Below, one piece after another: positions 32,109 through 43,248 of a DNA stretch of 64,000 bases. The notes below the pieces were generated by a model that saw only the letters and a program-made list of their open reading frames with translations, did no database searches and was not told the DNA's origin. Made by a program: the position numbers and the translations under genes. The DNA comes from an uncultured Gemmatimonadales bacterium (lineage in GTDB: Bacteria > Gemmatimonadota > Gemmatimonadetes > Longimicrobiales > Longimicrobiaceae), in contig OY970303.1 of the NCBI GenBank assembly GCA_963716255.1, forward strand, positions 5,824,001 to 5,888,000. Direction: 5' to 3'. Numbering within the stretch: position 1 is the first letter of the stretch; each line of letters starts with the position of its first letter.

Positions 32109-32324
32109 ATGAATCGACCGGTCCGGCGTGGTGCCGCGGCAGCCTTTTCGCTCGCGGTCCTCGCCTCGCTCGGCTTCGGGGTGCAGCAGGCGGTCGCGGT
32201 GCCGGTGGAGCGGTCCGCGGCCCCCGCGTGCGTGCCGTCGACCTGCGACTACTACTGCATCACCCACGGTGCCAACTACGGGATCTGCCTGAACGGCACG
32301 TGTGCCTGCCGCTCGGGGCCGTGA
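32109..32324 (+). CDS. Secreted 6-Cys defensin-like (CSab) peptide, 71 aa
   Basis: GGAG RBS; signal peptide ending LGFGVQQAVA; CVPSTCDYYCITHGANYGICLNGTCAC. Confidence 0.85.
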   Translation: MNRPVRRGAAAAFSLAVLASLGFGVQQAVAVPVERSAAPACVPSTCDYYCITHGANYGICLNGTCACRSGP

Positions 32325-32552
32325 TCCGCGCGTAGCCCGACGTGCAGGCTGGCCGCGGCGACGTCTTCGCGGCCGGGTGTGAAGGTCCGCGACGCCGGGC
32401 CGTCCCGCTTCCGGGGCGGCCCGGCACGCGTTCCGGGCTGCCCGCACGCCGGCCCTCCTCGCGCGCGCTCCTGCCCCGGTTGACTCCCCGTCGCCGGGGG
32501 ACCATCTTGCCCCCTCCGAAAGCCACCGCTCCGACGCAGTCCACCGAATGCG

Positions 32553-33248
32553 ATGTCCAGTCCCGAGCTGTCCGATCCCGACCGCTGGTCCGCCCTCTCC
32601 GACCGGGAGCGGCGCGACCTCCTCGCCGCCGCGCTGCTGGAGGCGCTGGAGGGCGCGCCCGGCGTGCGGGGGACGCACGTAGAGGTGGGCCCGGTGCAGC
32701 AGCCGTACGACCTGACGGCGGTGGCGGAGACGGACGTGGGCGACCTGCGCACGCCGCTCTGGTCGCACGCGCGCGCCTCGATCTTCGTGGACGAATCCGT
32801 CCACCCGGCGAACCGCGGCCAGCTCGCCCCCGCCGGTGCGGTGCGCGAGGCGGCGGAGCGCCTGCGCGCGCGCCTTGCCGTGCCCTTCACGCTGGAGGCG
32901 CGCGGCCTGACGGCCACGCTGGTGCCGGAGGCGGGGGTGGAGCGCACCTGGACCGCCGAGCGCAGCCGCTTTCGCAGCCGCACCGCCGTGACGCGCGAGG
33001 ACGTGGTCGCCGACGCCGCCGAGGTGGACCTGCGCGACCTGCTGGCGCACTTCTACACCGGTCCCTCGCTGCGCATGGCCGCCGCGGACGGCAGCGCCTT
33101 CCTCCTCCCGGCCGCGCCGGAGGCGGAGGGCCCGCTGGTGTCGCTGTGCCCCGCCTGCCACCGCTACGCCGAGGGGAGCGCGGCCGCCTGCCCGGAGTGC
33201 GGCGGCCCCGCGGAGACCGTGGTCGCCGTGCGTCCGCCGCGGCGCTGA
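32553..33248 (+). CDS. Hypothetical protein with a C-terminal zinc ribbon
   Basis: CPAC..CPEC near the C-terminus. Confidence 0.7.
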   Translation: MSSPELSDPDRWSALSDRERRDLLAAALLEALEGAPGVRGTHVEVGPVQQPYDLTAVAETDVGDLRTPLWSHARASIFVDESVHPANRGQLAPAGAVREAAERLRARLAVPFTLEARGLTATLVPEAGVERTWTAERSRFRSRTAVTREDVVADAAEVDLRDLLAHFYTGPSLRMAAADGSAFLLPAAPEAEGPLVSLCPACHRYAEGSAAACPECGGPAETVVAVRPPRR

Positions 33249-33264
33249 GGGGCGGCCCCCTCGG

Positions 33265-33318
33265 CCCTCACCCGGCGGCCTTGGGGCCGCCACCCTCTCC
33301 CAATCCCGGGAGAGGGGG
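33265..33318. repeat. CCCTCACCC/CCCTCTCCC..GGGAGAGGG REP-like palindrome (family C; related copies at about 34931-34972 and 38125-38172)
   Basis: Imperfect C-rich/G-rich inverted repeats, each close to a family A copy. Confidence 0.6.
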
Positions 33319-33350
33319 CAAGCGCGGGATGATGCAGATACGTCGGCAGT

Positions 33351-33484
33351 TGCGTGAGGGATTACGGCCCGAAGGGGCGAGACCCGGCGGGGCTGTTTCC
33401 GCCGGGGCTCGACTCCGTTAGCGAGCGTTGTTTGCTCGCTTACGGAGCCGAAGCCCGACCCCGGCGCCAGCCGGGGGCACGCCC
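33351..33484 (+). repeat. Family A, copy 4
   Basis: Family A scaffold upstream of thrC. Confidence 0.95.
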
Positions 33485-33544
33485 GAACCCCGCCGTCGAA
33501 AGCCGTTCGCAGTCCGCTCGATCTCAACCCGAAAGAAATCCAGA

Positions 33545-34717
33545 ATGACTCAGCCTACCGGCGGCGCCTCGCACCTCGAATGCACCCGCTGCGGCGCCCG
33601 CTACGAGAGCGAGGAGCTGCAGCGCCTTTCCCCCTGCTGCCAGAAGCCGCTCTACCCCCGCTACGACCTGGACGCCGTGGCGCGCAGGCTCTCGCGCGAC
33701 GACCTTGCCGGCCGCTCCGCGGACCTGTGGCGCTACGCCGAGCTGCTTCCGGTGCGCGACCCGGCCAACGCCGTGCGCCTGGGCGAGGGGTGGACGCCGA
33801 TGATCGAGACGCCGCGGCTGGCGGACCGCCTGGGCGTGGGCCGGGTGTGGATCAAGGACGAGGGGCAGAACCCCACCGCGTCGTTCAAGGCGCGCGGGCT
33901 GTGCATGGCCGTGTCCCGGGCCAGGGAGCTGGGCGCGGCCGAGCTGGCGCTTCCCTCGGCGGGGAACGCGGGGAGCGCCGCGGCCGCCTATGCCGCGGCC
34001 GCGGGGATGCCGGTCCACGTGGTGGTGCCGCGCGACACGCCGGCGACCATCGTGGCGGAGATGCGCGCCCTCGGGGCGGACGTGGAGCTTCTGGACGGGC
34101 TGATCAACGACTGCGGCGCACGCGTGGCGGAGGGGGTCCTGGAGCACGGCTGGTTCGACCTTTCCACGCTCAAGGAGCCGTACCGCGTGGAGGGCAAGAA
34201 GACCATGGGCTACGAGGTGGCGGAGCAGCTGGGATGGAAGCTCCCGGACGCCATCCTCTACCCCACCGGCGGGGGGACCGGGCTGGTGGGGATATGGAAG
34301 GCGTTCGACGAGATGGAGCGGCTGGGGTGGATCGGGCCGGAGCGCCCCAGGATGGTGTCGGTGCAGGCGGCGGGGTGCGCGCCCATCGTGCGCGCGTGGG
34401 ACGCCGGCGCGGCGGAGGCGGAGCTGTGGGCGGGCGCGCGCACCTACGCGTCCGGGCTGCGCGTGCCCCGCGCGCTGGGCGACTTCCTCATCCTGGACGC
34501 GCTGCGCACTTCCGGAGGCGCCGCCTTGGCGATCCCCGACGAGGAGATGCGGCGCTGGACGCCGCTGGTGGGCGCCGACACCGGGATCTTCTGCGCGCCG
34601 GAGGGCGCCGCGACCGCCGCCGCCGTCCCCGTCCTGCGGCAGATGGGGGTCCTGGGGCCGGACGACAGCGTGGTGCTCTTCAACACGGGGAGCGGGCTCA
34701 AGTACGTGGGGATGTGA
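33545..34717 (+). CDS. thrC: Threonine synthase (PLP-dependent)
   Basis: LWRYAELLP, LGEGWTP, NPTASFKARG, SAGNAG, EGKKTMGYE, NTGSGLKY. Confidence 0.88.
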   Translation: MTQPTGGASHLECTRCGARYESEELQRLSPCCQKPLYPRYDLDAVARRLSRDDLAGRSADLWRYAELLPVRDPANAVRLGEGWTPMIETPRLADRLGVGRVWIKDEGQNPTASFKARGLCMAVSRARELGAAELALPSAGNAGSAAAAYAAAAGMPVHVVVPRDTPATIVAEMRALGADVELLDGLINDCGARVAEGVLEHGWFDLSTLKEPYRVEGKKTMGYEVAEQLGWKLPDAILYPTGGGTGLVGIWKAFDEMERLGWIGPERPRMVSVQAAGCAPIVRAWDAGAAEAELWAGARTYASGLRVPRALGDFLILDALRTSGGAALAIPDEEMRRWTPLVGADTGIFCAPEGAATAAAVPVLRQMGVLGPDDSVVLFNTGSGLKYVGM

Positions 34718-34741
34718 TTTGACGGGCTGAACTGCGGGTTG

Positions 34742-34871
34742 GGGCGTGCCCCCGGCGGGCGCCGGGGTCGGGCTTCGGCTCCGTAAGCCCGCAAACAACG
34801 CGGGCTAACGGAGTCGAGACCGCGCAAACAGCCGCGCGGTCTCGCCCCTTCGGGCCGAAATCCCTCACGCG
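34742..34871 (-). repeat. Family A, copy 5
   Basis: Inverted relative to copy 4, so the two bracket thrC. Confidence 0.95.
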
Positions 34872-34999
34872 GGGCTCGCGCTGGCGTCCGCTGGGACCCC
34901 AGCCCGGCTCCTACCTTCTGCCGTGTCGTGCTCCCCCTCCCCCCTTGCGGGGGAGGGGGCCGGGGGGAGGGGGCGCGCCGAATCCCGCCACCAAGAACA

Positions 35000-35037
35000 G
35001 AATCGCCCCCGCGGCCATCCGGCCGCGGGGGCGATTC
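35000..35037 (-). terminator. 17-bp perfect hairpin, probable terminator of the 35058..36710 gene
   Basis: GAATCGCCCCCGCGGCC-ATCC-GGCCGCGGGGGCGATTC, followed by TGTTCTT on the minus strand. Confidence 0.7.
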
Positions 35038-35057
35038 GCGTCGTGTGACGGGTCCGC

Positions 35058-36710
35058 TCAGCGGGTACGCCCCACCGACAGGTACAGCTTGGTGGGGTCC
35101 GGGACCGCGCTCGCGACCGAGTAGCGGGCGCCGCCGCCCGCGTAGCCCGCCATCTCCCGCTGGTGCGCCTGCAGGCGCCGGCGGACCTCCGCGTCCTCGC
35201 GGTACACCGGGAGCTCGGCGAAGGAGAACGCCGGCCCGCCGCCGGGGCTCACCGAGGGGCTGGGCGTCGCCGCGACCGCCTGGATCCCGGTCGCCGTCAC
35301 GTCCACGCCCAGCGGGTCGCCCTCCACGTCCGCGCCGTAGAACGCCACCAGCGTGTAGTCGCCCGCCTGGTCCACGCAGAGCGCCTGGCCGGCCGCGGGC
35401 GCCAGCGTGTGCACCTGGCCCACCGCCAGCGACGGGACCGCCGCGCAGGCGCCGGCGGGGGCCTGCCCGCCCGAGGTCACCCGCACCTCGGCGCGGCCCG
35501 CGCCCACGCCGAAGCGCAGGTACGCCGCGCCCCCCGCGTCCAGCGACAGCGACACCGGGGTGCCGCTCGCCAGCCGCCGCGTCCGCAGCTGGAGCCCCCC
35601 GGTGAACAGGTTGCGGAAGTCCCAGCTCGGCTGCGTGAAGCGGGCGTCTGTCCCCGGCACGGCGTCGTCCATGTACACCGACACCGCCCAGTCGCGGAAC
35701 AGGGGGACCGGGTCCGTCGCGAGCGCGGCGCGCAGGTTCGCCATCCCCGTGGTGCGGGAGTTCACCAGCGTGTTCCAGAGCGCCTGCTCGTCGCCCCCGC
35801 GCCGGTCCGCCGCGTAGCGCAGGAAGTTCCAGATCGCGCCGCGGGTGGACACGTCGTCATCCGTCTCGTACGGCGAGTCGCGCTCCGGCTCGTTGGTGTG
35901 GCCGAAGTAGCGCGTCCCGTTCTGCGCCATGTAGGCGAAGAACGCCGTGCGCGCCGTGGAGCCCGTGGGGAACGCGGCGCCGGCCAGGTTGCGCCGGGGC
36001 GACAGCCCGCTCGCCTCGTAGAACACCAGTTCCTCGGCGACGTGGCTCAGCCCCTCGTTGAGCCACACCGCCTCGTTCCACTCCGCCCCCCCCACCTTGA
36101 GCGTGTACAGGCGGCGCGACGCGCTGATCAGGTGCTGCGTCTCGTGCGCCATCACGCCCACCATGTTCTGCTTGGCGCTGGCGTACGAGAACGGCCCGCC
36201 GCGGATGGGGTCCGGCGCCAGCAGGTAGATGATCTCGCCCACGTTGCTCGACGGGCAGGCCTGCAGGTTGTCCGTGTCCTTGGTGGGAAACAGGTCGCGC
36301 GAAAAGAACAGCCCGTTGATGTACGTCCCCGAGGAGGGGGAGGTGAGGTCGTTGATGGCGCGGGTGACGAAGAACACCACCCGGTCGTTGCGGTCGATGT
36401 CCTCCGGCTCGCCGAAGTTCCGCGTGTCCACCGGCCACACCAGGTTGTCGTACGCGGTCGCGAACTCCTGGTAGTCCGCGTCGGTGAAGCCCTGCGACGA
36501 GTTGGTGACGTCGTTCACCATGATCGCGCGGTTGGAGACCGCCGCCACCCGCCCGCCCCGCAGCACCGGGTTCTCGCAGTTGTCGTTGAACTGGACGTTG
36601 AGCTGGATCTCCTCGCCCACGGCGGGGAGCCTCGCCTTGGGCTCGGTCGGGGAGTCGTCGCACGCCGCGAGGGCCGCTGCGAGCATGGAGAGGCCGAGGA
36701 TCCGCTTCAT
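35058..36710 (-). CDS. Lipoprotein zinc metallopeptidase (gluzincin-like)
   Basis: Lipobox LAAC; AHETQHLI (HExxH) and downstream WLNEGLSH. Confidence 0.82.
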   Translation of the reverse strand: MKRILGLSMLAAALAACDDSPTEPKARLPAVGEEIQLNVQFNDNCENPVLRGGRVAAVSNRAIMVNDVTNSSQGFTDADYQEFATAYDNLVWPVDTRNFGEPEDIDRNDRVVFFVTRAINDLTSPSSGTYINGLFFSRDLFPTKDTDNLQACPSSNVGEIIYLLAPDPIRGGPFSYASAKQNMVGVMAHETQHLISASRRLYTLKVGGAEWNEAVWLNEGLSHVAEELVFYEASGLSPRRNLAGAAFPTGSTARTAFFAYMAQNGTRYFGHTNEPERDSPYETDDDVSTRGAIWNFLRYAADRRGGDEQALWNTLVNSRTTGMANLRAALATDPVPLFRDWAVSVYMDDAVPGTDARFTQPSWDFRNLFTGGLQLRTRRLASGTPVSLSLDAGGAAYLRFGVGAGRAEVRVTSGGQAPAGACAAVPSLAVGQVHTLAPAAGQALCVDQAGDYTLVAFYGADVEGDPLGVDVTATGIQAVAATPSPSVSPGGGPAFSFAELPVYREDAEVRRRLQAHQREMAGYAGGGARYSVASAVPDPTKLYLSVGRTR

Positions 36711-36981
36711 GGGTTCCCGTGTTGGAGCGTGGCGGACGTGGAATCGCCGGCAGGCGAGGCGGCGCTGCAGCTACGGCGGAAGGGACGGCGGATGGCCCCG
36801 GCGGGTCCCGTCCGCATTGATCGTACCCGGTGCGGGCCCGCGGCGCGAGCCCCGCGCGCGGGCGCAGGGGCCTTATACGCCGCCCCGTGGGGAAAGGGTC
36901 CGCGCCGGGTGTGGTCCGCGGCGCGGGGCCGTGCTATCTTGGCGCCGTTCGCGACCGCCCCACCCGATCCGAGACCCAGAC

Positions 36982-37911
36982 ATGACCCGGACCCAGACGC
37001 GCCACTTCCTCGCCATCCCGGACTTCTCGCGCGAGGAGCTGTACGAGATCCTGGACCTCGCCGCGCGGATGAAGCGGGGGGAGTACACCGACAAGCCGCT
37101 CGCCGGCAGGACGCTGGCGATGATCTTCACCAAGAGCTCCACCCGCACCCGCGTCTCCTTCGAGGTGGGCACCTACCAGCTCGGCGGACACGCGCTCTTC
37201 CTGTCCTCCCGCGACATCCAGCTGGGGCGCGGCGAGCCCATCCGCGACACCGCGCGCGTGCTGTCGCGCTTCGTGGACGGCATCATGATCCGCACCTTCG
37301 ACCAGGCCGACCCCGAGGAGCTGGCGAAGTGGGGCTCCGTGCCGGTGATCAACGGGCTCACCGACCTGCTCCACCCCTGCCAGATCATGGCCGACCTGCA
37401 GACCATCCGCGAGAACCTGGGGCCGGACCTGTCCGGGGTGAAGGTGGCGTGGGTGGGTGACGGCAACAACATGGCGAACTCGTGGCTGAACGCCGCCTAC
37501 CGCTTCGGCTTCGAGCTGCGCCTGGCCTTCCCGGCCGGGTACGAGCCGGACGCCGCCATCCTGGAGCGCGCCCGCGGCGCCGCCAACATCGTCACCACCC
37601 ACGACCCGCGCGAAGCGGTGGCGGGGGCGGACGTCGTCAACACCGACGTGTGGACCTCCATGGGCCAGGAGGAGGAGTCCGCCCGGCGGCTGCGCGACTT
37701 CGCCGGCTACTGCGTGGACGAGTCCATGATGGAGTCCACCACCAACCGCTCCATCTTCCTGCACTGCCTGCCGGCGCACCGCGGCGAGGAGGTCACGGAC
37801 GGCGTCATCGAGGGTCCGCGGTCGCGCGTGTTCGACGAGGCCGAGAACCGGCTGCACGCGCAGAAGGCGATCATGGCGACGCTGATGGGCGGTTCCGGTT
37901 CCAACGGCTGA
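36982..37911 (+). CDS. argF: Ornithine carbamoyltransferase
   Basis: SSTRTRVSFE, HPCQ, DVWTSMG, HCLPAHRGEEV. Confidence 0.96.
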   Translation: MTRTQTRHFLAIPDFSREELYEILDLAARMKRGEYTDKPLAGRTLAMIFTKSSTRTRVSFEVGTYQLGGHALFLSSRDIQLGRGEPIRDTARVLSRFVDGIMIRTFDQADPEELAKWGSVPVINGLTDLLHPCQIMADLQTIRENLGPDLSGVKVAWVGDGNNMANSWLNAAYRFGFELRLAFPAGYEPDAAILERARGAANIVTTHDPREAVAGADVVNTDVWTSMGQEEESARRLRDFAGYCVDESMMESTTNRSIFLHCLPAHRGEEVTDGVIEGPRSRVFDEAENRLHAQKAIMATLMGGSGSNG

Positions 37912-37932
37912 ACGACATTTGACGGCGGGGTA

Positions 37933-38061
37933 GGGCGTGCCCCCGGTGGGCGCCGGGGTCGGGCTTCGGCTCCGTAACGCAGCAAACCACGCTGCGTAAC
38001 GGAGTCGAGCCCCCGCAAACTGCGCGGGGTCTCGCCCCTTCGGGCCGGAATCCCTCACGCG
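37933..38061 (-). repeat. Family A, copy 6
   Basis: Family A scaffold downstream of argF. Confidence 0.95.
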
Positions 38062-38184
38062 GGGATCGCGCTGGCGTCCGCGGGGCATCTCCAGGCTGAC
38101 GGTCCCCACCGTCGTCGTGCCGTGCTCCCCCTCTCCCAGCATCGGGGGAGGGTGCCGGGGTGGGTGGAGGGCCGCCGTTGCAGG

Positions 38185-38226
38185 CTGTTCCCTGTTCCCT
38201 GTTCCCTGTTCCCTGTTCCCTATCCC
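38185..38226. repeat. Heptamer tandem repeat (CTGTTCC)x5 plus a degenerate sixth unit
   Basis: Read directly; abuts the stop codon of the CDF transporter gene. Confidence 0.92.
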
Positions 38227-39125
38227 TTCCGCTCCAGCCGCTCGTCCGCCCAGCTCACCGGGTCCTCGATGGGCTCCAGGTGGGTGAACACCGTGGTGTT
38301 GGGGACGGCGCCGCGCAGCTCCTCCTCCAGGCGCTCCAGGTAGTCGTGGCCGCGCTGCACCGTCCACTCGCCGGGGACCAGCACGTGCAGCGACACGAAG
38401 CGGCGGGCGCCGGCCTGGCGGGTGCGCAGGGCGTGGAACTGCACCCCGTCGTTGGTGTGCGCCTCCAGCACGGCGGCGATGCTGCGCCGCTCCGGCTCGG
38501 GGAGCGCGGTGTCCAGCAGCCCCAGCATGGACCTGCGCAGCAGCCCGATTCCCGTCCACACCACGTTCACCGCCACGGCCACGGCGATCAGCGGGTCCAG
38601 GATCTTCCACCCCGTAGCCGCTGCCGCCCCCACCCCCAGGATCACCCCCACCGAGGTCCACACGTCGCTCATCAGGTGATGGGCGTCGGCCTCCAGCGTG
38701 ATGGAGTGGTAGCGCCGCCCCGCCCCGAAGAGGAGGCGCGCCACCCCCAGGTTGATCACCGAGGCGAGCGCCGAGATGGCGAGCCCCACCCCCACGTCCT
38801 CCACCGGCCGCGGGTCCAGCAGGCGCGGCACCGCCGTCGCCAGGATGCTGGCCGCCGCGATCACCACCAGCGCCCCCTCGAACCCGCTGGAAAAGTACTC
38901 CGCCTTGGTGTGGCCGTACGCGTGCTCCTCGTCCGCGGGGCGCGCCGCAACCCACAGCGCCCACAGCGCCACGATCGCCGCCAGCAGGTTCACCAGCGAT
39001 TCCAGCGCGTCCGACAGCAGCCCCACCGACCCGGTGAGCACGTACGCGCCCCCCTTGAGCCCGATGGTCGCCAGGGCGGCGAAGATGGAGATCAGCGCGT
39101 AGCGCTTCAACGACGGCTGCGACAA
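38220..39125 (-). CDS. Cation diffusion facilitator (FieF-like) transporter
   Basis: [37 protein letters not shown] start assumed. Confidence 0.92.
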   Translation of the reverse strand: MSQPSLKRYALISIFAALATIGLKGGAYVLTGSVGLLSDALESLVNLLAAIVALWALWVAARPADEEHAYGHTKAEYFSSGFEGALVVIAAASILATAVPRLLDPRPVEDVGVGLAISALASVINLGVARLLFGAGRRYHSITLEADAHHLMSDVWTSVGVILGVGAAAATGWKILDPLIAVAVAVNVVWTGIGLLRRSMLGLLDTALPEPERRSIAAVLEAHTNDGVQFHALRTRQAGARRFVSLHVLVPGEWTVQRGHDYLERLEEELRGAVPNTTVFTHLEPIEDPVSWADERLERKG

Positions 39126-39183
39126 CGGATGCGCCGGGGGTTCCGGTGGCTCTGTGCGGAGGAAGCCGGCAAGGTAGTGGGTG

Positions 39184-39372
39184 AGTGCGAAAGCGCGAAA
39201 GTGCGGGGTGCCGTTCGCCGTTCCGTCGCACCCAAATGAATCGGTTCGGAGGGAGACAGCCGGCAGTTTGGCTGGCTCACTCCGGCGCAGGGAGACTCGC
39301 CGGCTGTTTGGCGAGGCTCCCGGAGCCCGCGTAGGAGACCGGCAGCAGGACCGCCGGGCTCCGCAGCGGCCC
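39184..39372 (+). repeat. Family B, copy 4
   Basis: Three-hairpin array between the divergent CDF and gcvT genes. Confidence 0.9.
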
Positions 39373-39500
39373 GCCACGACACCCGGATCCCTCCTGTACA
39401 TTCCGTCCGGAGTCCACTAGTGCCATTCCGGCAGGTTGGTTACCTTGTCCTCCCGAGCCGGACCCAACGGAAAGACACGCACCGAACCGCCGAGACCCCA

Positions 39501-40625
39501 ATGGCCGACGCCACCCTGCTGCGCACCCCCCTGCACGGGGAGCACCTCGCGCTCAATGCCAAGATGGTGCCCTTCGCCGGCTACGAGATGCCCGTGCAGT
39601 ACCCCACCGGCATCACGGCCGAGCACAACGCCGTGCGCACCGCCGCGGGTCTCTTCGACGTGTCGCACATGGGCGAGTTCCTCGTGTGGGGGGAGCGGGC
39701 GCTGGACTTCGTGCAGCACGTGAGCAGCAACGACGCGTCCAGGCTGGAGGTGGGGCAGGCGCAGTACTCCACCCTGCTCAACGACGACGGCAGGCTGCTG
39801 GACGACCTGCTCGTCTACCGCTTTCCCAACCACTACATGCTGGTGGTCAACGGCGCCAACAAGGACAAGGACTGGGCCTGGGTGTCGCGCTACGCCGAGC
39901 AATTCGGCGTGGAGCTGACGGACCGCACCGAGGAGATCGCCCTGCTGGCGCTCCAGGGGCCGAGGGCGCAGGCCATCCTGGCGAAGCTCACCGGCTACGA
40001 CCTGGACTCCATCGGCTACTACCGCTTCGGCTGGGGGCCCATGTCGGGTCCGCTGGAGGGCGTCACCGCCACCTATTCGCGCACCGGGTACACGGGCGAG
40101 GACGGCTTCGAGCTGTACGTGGACGCGGCGGACGCCCCCGCGGTGTGGCGAGCGCTGCTGGAGGCCGGCGCGCCGGAGGGGATCCTCCCCGCGGGGCTTG
40201 GGTGCCGCGACTCGCTGCGGCTGGAGATGGGCTACGCCCTGTACGGCAACGACCTGGACGAGCAGACCTCGCCGCTGGAGGCGGGGCTGGGCTGGGTGGT
40301 CAAGCTGGACAAGGGCGACTTCGTGGGGCGCGACGCGCTGCTCCGCCAGAAGGAGGCGGGGATCGGGCGCAAGCTGGTGGGCTTCGTCCTCCGGGAGCGC
40401 GGCTTCCCGCGGCACGGGTACCCGGTCAGCGTGGGCGGCGAGACCGTGGGCGAGGTGACCAGCGGGGTGTCCAGCCCCACGCTGGGCCAGGGCATCGGCA
40501 TGGCGTACGTGCCGGCGGAGTCGGCGAAGCCGGGGAGCGAGATCGGCATCGTCATCCGCGACCGGGTCGTCCCCGCCGATGTGGCGCGTCCGCCGTTCCA
40601 CAAGGGCGGGAGCGTCCGCACCTGA
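39501..40625 (+). CDS. gcvT: Glycine cleavage system aminomethyltransferase T
   Basis: [45 protein letters not shown]. Confidence 0.97.
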   Translation: MADATLLRTPLHGEHLALNAKMVPFAGYEMPVQYPTGITAEHNAVRTAAGLFDVSHMGEFLVWGERALDFVQHVSSNDASRLEVGQAQYSTLLNDDGRLLDDLLVYRFPNHYMLVVNGANKDKDWAWVSRYAEQFGVELTDRTEEIALLALQGPRAQAILAKLTGYDLDSIGYYRFGWGPMSGPLEGVTATYSRTGYTGEDGFELYVDAADAPAVWRALLEAGAPEGILPAGLGCRDSLRLEMGYALYGNDLDEQTSPLEAGLGWVVKLDKGDFVGRDALLRQKEAGIGRKLVGFVLRERGFPRHGYPVSVGGETVGEVTSGVSSPTLGQGIGMAYVPAESAKPGSEIGIVIRDRVVPADVARPPFHKGGSVRT

Positions 40626-40666
40626 CGCGGACGGCGGCGTCCGGGCCGGCAAGGCAGGGGAACCGA

Positions 40667-42247
<1,581 letters not shown>

Positions 42248-42297
42248 CGGCGAAGCCGCTCGCGATCCGGCGGTCCCGAACCCTGGGCACCCTCCCC

Positions 42298-42540
42298 ATG
42301 TCCTCACCCGAGTACCACGTCTTCACCCGCAAGGGCGATTCGCGCGCCGAGGTGGACCGGCTGCTCGCCGAGCTGAAGCGCGCCCACGGCGCGGACGTGG
42401 ACGCCGGCTTCCACAAGTACATGTACGTCACCAAGGCGGACCTGACGGTGGTGATGCTGCACCCGGGGGAGTCCTTGCTGTCGCGCGCCCTGCGCGGGCG
42501 GCCCGGGTGGACGGAGCCGGGGATGGCGGGCGGCAACTGA
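42298..42540 (+). CDS. Small hypothetical protein
   Basis: 80 aa with normal composition and host-like codon usage. Confidence 0.6.
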   Translation: MSSPEYHVFTRKGDSRAEVDRLLAELKRAHGADVDAGFHKYMYVTKADLTVVMLHPGESLLSRALRGRPGWTEPGMAGGN

Positions 42541-42561
42541 GCCGCCGGCGCCTTCCGCGGC

Positions 42562-43041
42562 TCACCTCACCGTCACGCTCTGCTCCAGCGCGGTCCGCGC
42601 GTCCCAGCCGGTGCCTGGGTAGGCGTGCACCACGCGCAGCCGGTAGGTCCCGGGCGCCAGGCCGGTGATGCGCGCGTCGTAGCCGAACGCCGCGATCACC
42701 TGGGTGCACATCTCGCCCTCGCGCGCGGCGTCCACGCGCAACGTCACCTGGCCGCCCGCGGCCTCCACCGTCCCCGACAGGCGCCGGCAGGGGTCGGGGG
42801 TCTGCATCCGGCCCTGCACGACGATGGCGCCGGCCTCGCCCTCGGCGCGGGTGCCGGTCTCGGCGGCGGGCGCGGCCGGCGAGGCGCCGGGGCCCGGGTC
42901 GGTGAGGGTGGGGCCGGACTCCAGCCGGCGGGAAGTCAGCTCCACGCGCGGCCCACCGCCCCCGCCGGAGGCGGGCGCGGGTCCGCCGGCGGTGGAGCAC
43001 GCGGCGAGGGCCAGCAGCATCACGAGCGGCATACGAACCAT
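42562..43041 (-). CDS. Hypothetical lipoprotein
   Basis: AGAGG RBS, lipobox LAAC, TPDPC..CTQVI cysteine pair. Confidence 0.75.
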   Translation of the reverse strand: MVRMPLVMLLALAACSTAGGPAPASGGGGGPRVELTSRRLESGPTLTDPGPGASPAAPAAETGTRAEGEAGAIVVQGRMQTPDPCRRLSGTVEAAGGQVTLRVDAAREGEMCTQVIAAFGYDARITGLAPGTYRLRVVHAYPGTGWDARTALEQSVTVR

Positions 43042-43092
43042 GGGTGCACCTCTCTTTCGTGGTTTCCGAAGCCCGGGGTACGCTCCACCGCC

Positions 43093-43225
43093 CGCGTGAG
43101 GGATGCGAGCGCGAAGCGGCGAGACCCCGCGGGGCTGTTTCCGCGGGGGCTCGCCTCCGTAGCAGACGGTCGTTTCGTCTGCTACGGAGCCGCAGCCCGA
43201 CCCCGGCGCAGCCGGGGGCACGCCC
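43093..43225 (+). repeat. Family A, copy 7 (most divergent)
   Basis: CGCGAAGCG replaces CCCGAAGGG and pairing is retained. Confidence 0.9.
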
Positions 43226-43248
43226 GACCCCGCAGTTGGAACTCGTCG

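Noticed and set aside
39184..39500. Glycine riboswitch upstream of gcvT
   Set aside because: The structured segment is family B copy 4, which also occurs at unrelated loci. The riboswitch motifs CCGAAG and CTCAGG are absent.
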